From assembly GCA_965223795.1 (NCBI GenBank), contig CBDCXL010000002.1, forward strand, positions 960,001 to 1,024,000: DNA of 64,000 bases. Reading direction: 5' to 3'. The DNA comes from Nitrospinales bacterium (lineage in GTDB: Bacteria > Nitrospinota > Nitrospinia > Nitrospinales > VA-1). Below are positions 1-9,416 of this stretch, one piece after another (the stretch's first letter is position 1; every line of letters begins with the position of its first letter). The translations under genes were made by a program, and so were the position numbers. The notes below the pieces were generated by a model. It was not told the DNA's origin. It did not search any database and saw nothing but the letters and a program-made list of their open reading frames with translations.

Positions 1-184
1 GGGCCATGAATGTGTCCTTGACGTTTCAGGAAATGCCTGCGTCCGTCATCGATGGACGCGGCCGGGATCGGATGAGATTGGGTCGAGACCCTGGCAATGC
101 TATCACGCCTGCTGCAAGCGACTCAACCCTTGTTTCAATGTTGCGCGCGGGCAGGAAAGCGGTTGCAAGGGAAACCTCCGTCCG

Positions 185-1096
185 TCATTCGGACTTGCAG
201 GTCATGCCGGTGACGCGGCAGGTGTAGCAGGCGGAATGGGCGAGGGGAAACGGGCGCAGGGTGTCGGCGAGGGTGTCGCCCATGCGCGCTTCGTCTTTAT
301 CGACCAGGATGGGGCAGACGTAGACGCCGGTTTTCGCCGCCATGCGCGAGGTGGCGCATTGCAGCTGGGTGATGTCGTAGTTTTCGAAACATTTTTCGGT
401 GACGTGCTCGTCGTCCTCGTACTGGCGGATGTTTTCGGCCAGTCTGCCGAGCAGAAATCCGGGCAGGATTTTGATGCGCGGCTGCGGCACGTCGTTGCGG
501 CTCAGAAATTCGAGAAACTGCGCTTCCATCTCCGCGTCCCTGTCTTCATCCCAGCTGCGGGTGATGGTCAGAATGGGCGAAAAGCCGCTGCGGGCGAGAT
601 TGCGGATGCCTTCCACGGCGCGGCGGAACGCGCCGTTTCCGCGCACCGCGTCGTTGGCCTTCTCTTCGAAATTTTCCATGCTGACGCGGAACTGCAGCCG
701 GTGCGGCACGCGCTCCTGGATGTCTTTGAGGCGCCGGGCCTTTTCGGGCGTGATCAGGGTGCCGTTGGTCAGCACATCGAGGGGGCCGCACTCGAGAATG
801 GCTTCGAGGATCTCGAAAATCTCAGGATTGATGAACACCTCGCCGCCGGTGATGTAATAGTCCTTGACGCCCAGGGTCTTCGATTCCGCAAGCCGGGTGC
901 GGACTTCCGCGAGCGTCATCATCTCGTGCGTGTGGTTCTGCGGACCGCAGCTGATGAAGCAGTGGGTGCACTGCAAATTGCACAGCGTGCCGCCGACCTG
1001 CATCCACAGCGTCTCCAGACCGACGAGGGGCACTTCCGGGATTTTCGCGGCCGTAGCCTTGTTCACGGGATTTTCGGATTTGACTCTGGCGTCCAT
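185..1096 (-). CDS. Radical SAM protein (ArsS-related subgroup possible)
   Basis: CNLQCTHC (CxxxCxxC), YITGGEV and LTNGTL motifs; extra C-terminal Cys (CATSR, VCP, CYTC, TC). Confidence 0.85.
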   Translation of the reverse strand: MDARVKSENPVNKATAAKIPEVPLVGLETLWMQVGGTLCNLQCTHCFISCGPQNHTHEMMTLAEVRTRLAESKTLGVKDYYITGGEVFINPEIFEILEAILECGPLDVLTNGTLITPEKARRLKDIQERVPHRLQFRVSMENFEEKANDAVRGNGAFRRAVEGIRNLARSGFSPILTITRSWDEDRDAEMEAQFLEFLSRNDVPQPRIKILPGFLLGRLAENIRQYEDDEHVTEKCFENYDITQLQCATSRMAAKTGVYVCPILVDKDEARMGDTLADTLRPFPLAHSACYTCRVTGMTCKSE

Positions 1097-1210
1097 AGTC
1101 TCAACTTAGCAGAGCGTCTCAACGAATGCAATCGCTTGCGCTTGCAAACCAATCACTTGCCCTGTCGCCGCGGGGTCTGAAAACTTACACGGCGGCGGAC
1201 CGGAAACGCA

Positions 1211-2371
1211 TCACAATCCGGCCGATTCGTAGGAATCGCTGACGTTTTTGATCCTGAGTTTGCGCCTAAACGCCGCGAACCCTTCCGAGGCCTTTTTGCT
1301 CAGGCGCGAGCGGTACACCGGCTTGGCCGCAAGCCCGGCTTTCTCAGGCGGTTCGACGAAAAACCCGGCATCCAGCGGGCTCACGGAGCGGCAGTTGGGA
1401 TACAGCCATTTGAGGGGGATTTTTTTGGCGATTGCCGTCTGCTGCATGTGGCGGACCACTTCCTTCACGCGCCAGTAATCCTTGCCGGTGTGCATGCTCG
1501 AAGGCAGCAACCGCAGTTGCGGAAGCACCCCGCGTTCGCAGATGAAATCGATGCGCTTTTTCACCATTTCCAGCGGATCGGCGCCCAGCACGAGTTCGGT
1601 CCACACGGTTCCCGGCGGGAAAATGCCCACGGCGTATTCGAGGGAGCTGTGCACGCGGTGCTCGGGATTGATCTCGCCGGTGGGGTCGGAACCGGCGAAG
1701 CCGCCGAGCGGAAAATCCAAGAGGTCGATACCAGAGGCGTACATGAAATCGATGATCTTTTTGTCCTGCGGCGGGAATCCCTTGAGCGCAACAAAGGTCT
1801 TAAACTTTTTCTTGATCGCCGCGATCACCGGCGCGAGCAGCTGAAATCCGCGGTCGCGGTCCTCGGTGTCGTCCATGTTGAGCTGCAACAGGTCCGCCGC
1901 GCCTTCCTCGAACGCCGACTGCACCACCGCGAGGATGGTGTCGAGATCCATGCTCAACCGTTCGCCCTTGTCCATGGCGCGCAGGAAAATGTTGAGGCAG
2001 TAGCCGTCCAGGCAGATGTTTTCGGAAACGGGAGTGCGTTCCTTCATCTGGTTTTTCAGAAATTCCGGCAGCGGCACGACGCCGATCTCGTCGCCGCCGG
2101 GATCGAGCACCAGCGCTTCTTTTTGCATGCCGATGCGGATGCGTCCTTCCTCAGGATGCCTGAGCTTCACCTTGGCGATGAAGTTTTCCGCCAGAGCCAG
2201 CGCGATTTCCTCTCCGGGCTTGCCGGGGCACACGCCGGAGGCCACTTCCGCGCGCGCGAGCACTTCCTGCGGAATGACCACGCCGCTCTGGATCAGCTCC
2301 AGCTTAAGCTGCCCGTAGGTTTTGACGGGGTTTTCCACCTGGATCCCCTGGTTCGGATTGTGCGCGTTCAC
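1211..2371 (-). CDS. Hypothetical protein, probable degenerate radical SAM-barrel protein lacking CxxxCxxC
   Basis: 386-aa ORF, GTG start 10 bp after the mpl stop; segments such as MYASGIDLLDF, LEYAVGIFPPGTVWTELVLG and ICERGVLP resemble radical SAM barrel strands. Confidence 0.55.
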   Translation of the reverse strand: MNAHNPNQGIQVENPVKTYGQLKLELIQSGVVIPQEVLARAEVASGVCPGKPGEEIALALAENFIAKVKLRHPEEGRIRIGMQKEALVLDPGGDEIGVVPLPEFLKNQMKERTPVSENICLDGYCLNIFLRAMDKGERLSMDLDTILAVVQSAFEEGAADLLQLNMDDTEDRDRGFQLLAPVIAAIKKKFKTFVALKGFPPQDKKIIDFMYASGIDLLDFPLGGFAGSDPTGEINPEHRVHSSLEYAVGIFPPGTVWTELVLGADPLEMVKKRIDFICERGVLPQLRLLPSSMHTGKDYWRVKEVVRHMQQTAIAKKIPLKWLYPNCRSVSPLDAGFFVEPPEKAGLAAKPVYRSRLSKKASEGFAAFRRKLRIKNVSDSYESAGL

Positions 2372-2380
2372 GATGATGGT

Positions 2381-3787
2381 TCACAAACGGTTGAGCAGTT
2401 TTTGATGGATGCCCTGGAATCCTCCGGAGGACATCACCAGCACCACGTCTTTCGGTCTGGCCTCACCGACCAGGTACTCGACGATCGCGTCCACCTCCGC
2501 GATGTGGCGGGCGCGGCCGCCCAGAGCTTTGATGTCGGCCACGACCTTGCCGGCATCGAGCCGGTCTTTCGGATCGATCTTGTCCGCACCGAACAATCCG
2601 GCGATGACGACGTCGTCGGCGGCGCGGAAACTTTCCGGGAACTGGTCCTGAAACACGTTGCGGCGCGAGGTCGCCGAGCGCGGCTCGAACACCGCGAACA
2701 CGCGGCCGCCCGTATAGGCCTGCTTCACCGCATCCAGCGTGAGCGCGATCGCCGTCGGGTGGTGGGCGAAATCGTCGATCACCACCACGCCGTTTTTTTC
2801 TCCCACGATCTCCTGCCGCCGCTTGATGCCGGCAAACCCGGAAAACGCGGCGCACACGTTTTCGGCCGGCAGCCCGCAGCGGATGGCGAGCGCGGCGACG
2901 GCGACGGCGTTTTCGGCATTGTGCCGCCCGATCATCGGCAGCCGGATCGTCCCCACCGCCCGGCCTTGATGAATAAGATCGAAACAGCCGGTTCCGTTTT
3001 CCTGGCGGTAGCCCTCGGCGCGCCAGTCGGCTTCCGGGGCAAACCCGTAACGCTCGACGGAACAGCGCGCTCCATTCAGAACGGAGTCCGCGTGGGGATC
3101 TGGAGATCTTACCAGCAAAACGCCATCGGGGTCGATAATTTCCACGAATTTTCGAAACGACGATTTCATGTGGTCGAGATCACGGTAAATATCCGCATGG
3201 TCGAACTCGACGCCGGTGAGAATGGCGGCGTGCGGCCGGTAATGCAGGAATTTGGGGCCTTTGTCGAAAAAGGCGGTGTCGTATTCGTCGCCCTCGGTCA
3301 CGAACACATCGCCTTTGGGGACGCGGTAATTGCGGTCGAAGTTTTTCAGCCAGCCGCCCACCATGAAACCCGGCTGCGCGCCGCAGTCGTGCAGCACCCA
3401 GGACAAAAGCGAGGTGGTGGTGGTCTTGCCGTGGGTCCCGGCGACCACCAGCGACTTGCGGCCGCCGAGAAAAAAACGGTTCAGGGCTTCGGGAAACGAG
3501 GTGTAGGGAATGCCCTTTTCCAGCACGGCCTGCACTTCCTCGTTGGTTTTCGAAACGGCGTTGCCGACGACGACGAGGTCGATGTCGTCCGTCAGGTTCC
3601 CGCGCCTGAAACCGTTGTGCACGGGAATTTTAAGATCCGCGAGCAGGGTGCTCATGGGCGGGTAGACGTTGTTGTCAGAACCGGTGACGTCGTGTCCGGC
3701 TTCCTTCAACAGTCCGGCGAGCGAGGCCATGCCGGTGCCGCAGATGGCGATGAGGTAGATTTTCTGGCTCTTGTTTTGAGGATTCAT
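2381..3787 (-). CDS. mpl: Murein peptide ligase (UDP-MurNAc:L-Ala-gamma-D-Glu-mDAP ligase)
   Basis: IAICGTGMASLA, AGTHGKTTT, EGDEYDTAFFDKGPKF, DDFAHHPTAI, FEPRS and MSSGGF motifs. Confidence 0.93.
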   Translation of the reverse strand: MNPQNKSQKIYLIAICGTGMASLAGLLKEAGHDVTGSDNNVYPPMSTLLADLKIPVHNGFRRGNLTDDIDLVVVGNAVSKTNEEVQAVLEKGIPYTSFPEALNRFFLGGRKSLVVAGTHGKTTTTSLLSWVLHDCGAQPGFMVGGWLKNFDRNYRVPKGDVFVTEGDEYDTAFFDKGPKFLHYRPHAAILTGVEFDHADIYRDLDHMKSSFRKFVEIIDPDGVLLVRSPDPHADSVLNGARCSVERYGFAPEADWRAEGYRQENGTGCFDLIHQGRAVGTIRLPMIGRHNAENAVAVAALAIRCGLPAENVCAAFSGFAGIKRRQEIVGEKNGVVVIDDFAHHPTAIALTLDAVKQAYTGGRVFAVFEPRSATSRRNVFQDQFPESFRAADDVVIAGLFGADKIDPKDRLDAGKVVADIKALGGRARHIAEVDAIVEYLVGEARPKDVVLVMSSGGFQGIHQKLLNRL

Positions 3788-3867
3788 CCGGTCGGCAGAT
3801 TGTAGTTTTCGAGACAGGCGATGTCAACTCAGCCCTGCTAAAGGGAAAGCGGGAACCCCTTCGGCAT

Positions 3868-4512
3868 TCAATGAATGTGTTTCTCAAGCTCGCCGAGATC
3901 GTCGATGACGAGGTCGGGCTTGAGACCCAGCAGCGCTTCGCGGTCGCCGAGGCCGTAGGTGACGGCGCAGGTGTGGACGCCGGCTTTTTTTCCGGTTTCG
4001 ATGTCCAGAGCGCTGTCGCCGACCATGAGCACCTGTTCGGGTTTCAGGGAATACCGGTCCAGCAAAAAGTGCATGCCTTCGGGATCGGGTTTGCGGGTTT
4101 TGAAGGTGTCGCCGCCGATCACGGCGTCGAAGAAGCGGTCACTGTTTAAGTGAACGAGGATCTGTCTCACGAAATCTTCGGGCTTGTTGGAACAGATGGC
4201 CTGAGTCCTGTCGGCGAAGCGTTCCAGAATCGCGCGGCCGTTGGGGTAGAACCGGGTGTGGTCCATCAGGTGCTCGGCGTAATGCCTGCGGAACAGATTC
4301 ACGGCCTGATCGATATCCGCATAGCCGGTGCCGTTCAGAGCGCGGGTCATGAGCATGGCGACGCCGCTGCCGACGCAGCGCTTGATGGTATCGGTGCCGA
4401 GGCGGGCGAAGCCCAGCTCTTCAAGAGCGAGATTGACGGAAAGGGCGATGTCCTCCAGGGTGTCGACCAGGGTGCCGTCGAAATCGTAGACGATGAGAGA
4501 GATGTTCTTCAT
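3868..4512 (-). CDS. HAD-IA phosphatase (Gph/MupP-like)
   Basis: YDFDGTLVD, SNKP, KPDP and MVGDSALD motifs. Confidence 0.88.
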   Translation of the reverse strand: MKNISLIVYDFDGTLVDTLEDIALSVNLALEELGFARLGTDTIKRCVGSGVAMLMTRALNGTGYADIDQAVNLFRRHYAEHLMDHTRFYPNGRAILERFADRTQAICSNKPEDFVRQILVHLNSDRFFDAVIGGDTFKTRKPDPEGMHFLLDRYSLKPEQVLMVGDSALDIETGKKAGVHTCAVTYGLGDREALLGLKPDLVIDDLGELEKHIH

Positions 4513-4646
4513 CCAAGGGAAGCGCCCGTTGGGGACGCGGACCGGGCGGGGTCACTCCGCACGTGATTCAGGCAATGCGCTTCATGTTACCGTGCGCCGG
4601 ATCGGGGAGCAAGCCGTATGATGCCGGGAGCTTCGCCTGGGAGGGG

Positions 4647-4958
4647 TCATTCTTCGAGGCTGGAGGTGAAGCGGTACGCCTTGACGATGTTGTTCTCATC
4701 GAACAGGATCACGAGGTCTTTGGACTGCGTGTCGGTGAACGCGTTCCACTGGTCGTACTGGTAGGTCCACATGACGTGTTCGTTTTCCAGACCTTCTTTG
4801 AAGGGGATGCCGAACCAGTCGAGCACTTCGGACTGGGTGGTCACGTTTTTCTGAATGTTCTGCACTTTATCGCTTTCAAAGTCTTTCCCCACGGTACCGC
4901 ATCCAGCCATCAACAGAATCAGAGCCAGTGCCGACAAAGTAATCAGGGAACGTTTCAT
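4647..4958 (-). CDS. Small lipoprotein, SmpA/BamE-like
   Basis: SD AGGAGG before ATG 4958; lipobox MAGC; TTQSEVLDWFGIP...WTY...ILFDENNIV pattern. Confidence 0.7.
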   Translation of the reverse strand: MKRSLITLSALALILLMAGCGTVGKDFESDKVQNIQKNVTTQSEVLDWFGIPFKEGLENEHVMWTYQYDQWNAFTDTQSKDLVILFDENNIVKAYRFTSSLEE

Positions 4959-5145
4959 TTGTGACCTCCTTTCGATGCCTCGCTGTTCGCGTTCCGCCAA
5001 ACCGGGCAGTCTGGGCTGCGGTTTGTCGCGGGTTTTCAACGATATCGGATCGGCGAAACAAAGTCTACCAAAAATGGCTTAAAAAGTATAATCTTAACGC
5101 TTTTAAAAACTGGAAAGTCTTTTAACTTCAAAGGATAAATTTTTC

Positions 5146-6210
5146 ATGCGTTTTCGCTCCCAATTCCACGGCCCGGCTGCGGTTCCGCGCACCCTCACGG
5201 TGCGGCTGTTCCAGATCGCGGCGATCGCGTTGACGTTTTCCGCCTGCGCGCTGCCTCCCGAAAAATCCAGCCGCGGCGCGGCGGACGTGTTCGTCGAGGA
5301 CGGCTATGTGGAAACCTCGCCGCTTCTGGGACCGAAAGGCTACCTTCTCAAATCGATCGCCCGGGATGTGTATTTTTTTTCCACAGGCGTGTACAACACG
5401 ATGTTCGTCGCCACCTCGGAAGGGGTCATTCTGATCGATCCAATCCGCGATCAGGGCGAAGCGCTGAAAAAAGCCATCCGCGAAACCACCGCGCTGCCGG
5501 TGAAATTTCTCATCTACTCGCACGCGCATCTGGATCACATCGGCGACGCCTACCTGTTTTCCAACGACGCGCAGGTCATCGCGCAGAAAGAAACCACCGA
5601 GCTGCTCAAGCTCTACAAGGACCCGTACCGCCCGGTGCCGAACATCAGTTTCGGGGAACGCTACAGCCTGACTCTGGGCGGCATCCAGGTCGACCTCATC
5701 TATCCCGGCGAGGGGCACGGCAAGGGCAACATCGTCGTCCACCTGCCGCAGCGCAAGGTGCTGATGTACGTGGACGTGGCGACGCCGCGGGCGGTGCCGC
5801 ACAAGAATTTCGGCACGATCGACATTTACCGGCAGATCAAGGGCATCGAACAGGCCCTGGCGCTCGATTTCACGGTGTACGTCGCCGGCCACCTGCACCG
5901 GCCGGGCACCCGCGAGGAGATGAAGGAAGTGCTGGATTACCACTACGCGTCCAAACGGGCCAATGCGATGGCGCTCAAGAAGGTGTCCTTCGAAGCGGTG
6001 CGGGCGCGGTCGAAAACGCGCGACGCGGAGCGGCTGCTGGGGGAGTATTACGATGCGGTGGCGGAGGTCTGTTACCAGATCCTCAAAAAGGACTGGAAGC
6101 CGCGGCTGATGGGATTTGAAGCGTTCACGCGCGGACACTGCGATGTGTGGACGGAATACCATCGCACGCACGTGGCTCCGGCGGCGGTCCTCAAACCGTC
6201 CGCGAATTAG
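5146..6210 (+). CDS. MBL-fold metallo-hydrolase, probable lipoprotein
   Basis: YSHAHLDHIG (HxHxDH), GH and VAGH motifs; FSAC lipobox-like sequence. Confidence 0.85.
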   Translation: MRFRSQFHGPAAVPRTLTVRLFQIAAIALTFSACALPPEKSSRGAADVFVEDGYVETSPLLGPKGYLLKSIARDVYFFSTGVYNTMFVATSEGVILIDPIRDQGEALKKAIRETTALPVKFLIYSHAHLDHIGDAYLFSNDAQVIAQKETTELLKLYKDPYRPVPNISFGERYSLTLGGIQVDLIYPGEGHGKGNIVVHLPQRKVLMYVDVATPRAVPHKNFGTIDIYRQIKGIEQALALDFTVYVAGHLHRPGTREEMKEVLDYHYASKRANAMALKKVSFEAVRARSKTRDAERLLGEYYDAVAEVCYQILKKDWKPRLMGFEAFTRGHCDVWTEYHRTHVAPAAVLKPSAN

Positions 6211-7226
6211 GAACCGGCGTTGCCGTCGAGGTTTTTGTAGGCGCTGAGGATCGTTTCGACCTCGGTGTGCGCGTGCACGGGCATGCGGCCTCCCATGTGG
6301 GTCACCACCTGGGCGGCGCAATAGGAACCCAGGATCGCCGATTCTTCCAGCGTGTGTTTGCGGATCATGCCGTGCAGGGCGCCCGCCGCGAACAGGTCCC
6401 CGGCGCCGGTCGTGTCCACGGGCTTCACCGGGAACGTTCCCACGGCAATGCGGCCGTGCTGGCCGTTTCCCACCCAGGCGCCTTCAGCGCCGCGTGTCAA
6501 AAACACGGTCTCGCACATTCCCTTGAGGGCGTTGAACGCGGCATCCAGATCACCGGTTTCCGCGATGGCGATCGCTTCGGGCTCGTTGCAGAACAGAACG
6601 TCCACGTTCCAGCGGATGAATTCGATCAGGTCCTCCTTGAAGCTGTTGACCACGAACGCATCGCTCAAGGTGAAGGCCACCGGGATGGCGTTTTTTTTCG
6701 CGATCTCGGTCATCTTCAAGGCGGCGGCGCGGGTCTCTTCGCCGGTCCACAGATACCCCTCGATGTAGACCAGGCGGGCGTTTTTCACGATGGTCGCGTC
6801 GACGTTTTCGGGATGCAGGTTGGAGGACACGCCGAGGTGGGTGAGCATGGTCCTCTCGGAATCGGGAGTGATGAGGACGATGCAGGTGCCGGTGCCGTTC
6901 GTCTCCGCGCTGGGACCGGGAAAACCGACGCCGCACACTTTCATGTCCTCGGTGTAATGGCGGCCGAAATCGTCGTCGGCGACGCGGCCGAGGTAGTAGG
7001 CGTCCGATCCCAGGACCTTGATCCCGTGCACGGTGTTGGCGGCGGAGCCCCCGGATGCGATTTTGCGGGAGCTGCCGGGCAGGGCGTTCAACACGTCGTT
7101 CTGCTGGGCGGAGGAGTACAGCGTCATGCCGCCTTTGGTCAAAGCGAGTTTTTCGATGAAGGCGTCGTCGACGCGAATTTCGATGTCCACCAGGGCGTTG
7201 CCGATGCCGACCAGATCGTAGTTCAT
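6207..7226 (-). CDS. PfkB-family carbohydrate/adenosine kinase
   Basis: GIGNALVD, SGGSAANT and VDTTGAGDLFAAG signatures. Confidence 0.9.
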   Translation of the reverse strand: MNYDLVGIGNALVDIEIRVDDAFIEKLALTKGGMTLYSSAQQNDVLNALPGSSRKIASGGSAANTVHGIKVLGSDAYYLGRVADDDFGRHYTEDMKVCGVGFPGPSAETNGTGTCIVLITPDSERTMLTHLGVSSNLHPENVDATIVKNARLVYIEGYLWTGEETRAAALKMTEIAKKNAIPVAFTLSDAFVVNSFKEDLIEFIRWNVDVLFCNEPEAIAIAETGDLDAAFNALKGMCETVFLTRGAEGAWVGNGQHGRIAVGTFPVKPVDTTGAGDLFAAGALHGMIRKHTLEESAILGSYCAAQVVTHMGGRMPVHAHTEVETILSAYKNLDGNAGS

Positions 7227-7256
7227 ATGAATTGAATTTCGTTTAAGGATGAAGGG

Positions 7257-7793
7257 TCAGAGTCCGCCGCCGGATTTGCCCGCCAGCGGAGGGGATACGA
7301 ACATGCGATAGACGAGCACGCCGAACAGGACCACCGCCGATAGAAAAAAGGAGGCGCCCGAAATCTGGGCCACCAGCCCGACCGCTTCCTTGGCGGCGCC
7401 GGTGGAGCCCATGCCCGGAGCGAGGACGCCGGCCAGCAGCCAGAAAAACCCATAGCCCAGGCTGCCGAAACCGCTCAGGATCGAAATGCCAAGCTGCAGC
7501 CGCGAGGGGAACTGAAGCCAGGCGACCAGAAAAGCGAACGCGATGGCGATGACTCCCATGGTCTGGGAATGCAGGTGGGCCCGCTTCATGTAGACCCAGG
7601 ACTTTTTCGCGACTTTGTCGGCTTTTTCCTGCTCGCCGCCGTATTTTTCACTGAGCACGGCGTCGGCGTCGGCTTTGAAAGAATTTTTGATGCTGTCTTC
7701 GCAGCAGCCGAAGGAAAGCCCCATCAAACCACCGAACAGGATGGCGATCAGGGCGATGAGGACGCCGTATTTGATGTGTGTGAAATCGATCAT
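7257..7793 (-). CDS. Hypothetical 4-TM membrane protein
   Basis: SD AAGGAG; four hydrophobic segments; KRAHLHSQ motif. Confidence 0.7.
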   Translation of the reverse strand: MIDFTHIKYGVLIALIAILFGGLMGLSFGCCEDSIKNSFKADADAVLSEKYGGEQEKADKVAKKSWVYMKRAHLHSQTMGVIAIAFAFLVAWLQFPSRLQLGISILSGFGSLGYGFFWLLAGVLAPGMGSTGAAKEAVGLVAQISGASFFLSAVVLFGVLVYRMFVSPPLAGKSGGGL

Positions 7794-7922
7794 GGAATGT
7801 CTCCTTCGCGGTTATTCCGGGCACCTTGCCGCGTGCCCCGGCGGCACGGCACGCGGAACGCCTTACACCTTGAGTTATTTGGGATTTGTAATCTTTGGCA
7901 TTAGCCTGTAAAATTTCATAGC

Positions 7923-9389
7923 ATGAATGAGGTCGTCCTCAAGCTGAAATCCATTCTTTGTTCCGCATTCTGCGCCGCACTTCTCGCCTTCCCTTCCTTG
8001 AGTTTCGCGGACGCGGCTTCCTTCGCAGAATCCCTCGATGCCATACTCAAAAACCCGTGCCTGAAACAGGACCGCTACGGGATCGCCGTCTATTCGCTGG
8101 ACCGGCAAGAATATCTGTTCGAATTGCGAAAAGATCAGCGCTTCATTCCCGCATCGAACCTGAAGCTCATCACCACCGCCGCGGCGCTCAAGCATCTCGG
8201 TCCCGATTACCGTTTTCCGACCCGCCTGTTCACGACGGGCAGGGTGGAAGGCGACGTTCTGTTCGGAGACCTCTACATTAAAGGTTACGGCGATCCCAAG
8301 TTCGTCACGGAACAGATGTGGCTCCTGGTCAACGAGCTTGAAAACCTGCCGGTCCGAAAAATCGTGGGCAACCTCCTCGCCGACGCTTCCTATTTCGATC
8401 CGGTGCACCGCGTAAAAACCTGGAGCAAGGTGTCCGGCCCCGAGGCGTACAACGCGCCTCTGGGAGCGCTGTCCTTCAACTTCAACACCGTGACGGTTTA
8501 TGTCTCACCGGGGAAAAAACCGGGGCAGAAACCTCTGGTCATCCTGGAACCGGAGACCGAATATGTCAAGCTGGGCAACCAGGCGCGGACGCTGGCTCCC
8601 AGAAAGCGCGGCCGCCTGATCGTCAATCGGGTGAACCGGGGAAGCTACGATGAAGTCATCGTGCGTGGCGGAATCCGCTCCAATCTAGCGCGATCGAAAT
8701 ACTATGTCAACATCAGCGAACCTGCCGCATACACGGTGAACGTGCTGCGCGAGTACCTGACCCGCGCCGGCATCGAAGTGGTGGGCGGCATCGGCGAGGC
8801 GGAGGTGCCCGAGGGTGCACACCTTCTGCTCGAGCACGAATCGGAGCCTTTGTCGCTGGCGCTGCGCGGCCTGAACAAGTTCAGCAACAACTTTGTCGCG
8901 GAGCAGATCTTAAAAACGCTGGGAGCGGACCGGTTCGGCCCGCCGGGCACCACGGAAAACGGCATCCGCATCATCGACGAATACATGCAGGAGCTGGGCT
9001 TCGCTTCGGAGGATTACAAGATCCTCGACGGGTCGGGCCTGTCGCGGGACAGCCGCCTCACGCCGGAGCAGATCATCCGGGTGCTGGAAAATGTGCGTCA
9101 GGACCTCAGCATCTATCCGGAGTTCATTTCAGCGCTGGGTGTGATGGGTGTGGACGGCAACGTCAAGAAGCGGATGAACGGTGTGAAGGATTCGCAGAAA
9201 GCGCGGGTCAAGACGGGAACGCTGAACGGCGTGAGCGCGCTCTCAGGCTATTTTCAATCGAAGGATGGGGAGAAGTTCGCGTTTTCCATTCTGATGAACG
9301 ATCTGGGGTGCAGCAACGGCCGCGCGCTGAAACTTCAGGACCGCATTCTGCGCGAGGGTCTGAAATTCACGCGCAAAGAAAATCCGTAA
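7923..9389 (+). CDS. dacB: D-Ala-D-Ala carboxypeptidase/endopeptidase PBP4
   Basis: PASNLK (SxxK), SNN (SxN), KTGTL and DGSGLSR motifs; signal peptide. Confidence 0.92.
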   Translation: MNEVVLKLKSILCSAFCAALLAFPSLSFADAASFAESLDAILKNPCLKQDRYGIAVYSLDRQEYLFELRKDQRFIPASNLKLITTAAALKHLGPDYRFPTRLFTTGRVEGDVLFGDLYIKGYGDPKFVTEQMWLLVNELENLPVRKIVGNLLADASYFDPVHRVKTWSKVSGPEAYNAPLGALSFNFNTVTVYVSPGKKPGQKPLVILEPETEYVKLGNQARTLAPRKRGRLIVNRVNRGSYDEVIVRGGIRSNLARSKYYVNISEPAAYTVNVLREYLTRAGIEVVGGIGEAEVPEGAHLLLEHESEPLSLALRGLNKFSNNFVAEQILKTLGADRFGPPGTTENGIRIIDEYMQELGFASEDYKILDGSGLSRDSRLTPEQIIRVLENVRQDLSIYPEFISALGVMGVDGNVKKRMNGVKDSQKARVKTGTLNGVSALSGYFQSKDGEKFAFSILMNDLGCSNGRALKLQDRILREGLKFTRKENP

Positions 9390-9416
9390 CCGAATCCCAC
9401 CCGAATCAGAGTCCGC

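Noticed and set aside
1..20. Possible start of a minus-strand gene at position 7 (AAGGA...ATG GCC)
   Set aside because: Only two codons lie in the window; cannot be supported
26..187. Selenocysteine read-through of the radical SAM TGA stop
   Set aside because: The protein ends naturally after its Cys motif, the read-through peptide looks non-coding, and no convincing SECIS is seen
1448..3805. 785-aa plus-strand ORF
   Set aside because: Antisense shadow of mpl and its neighbour; typical of high-GC codon bias, no motifs
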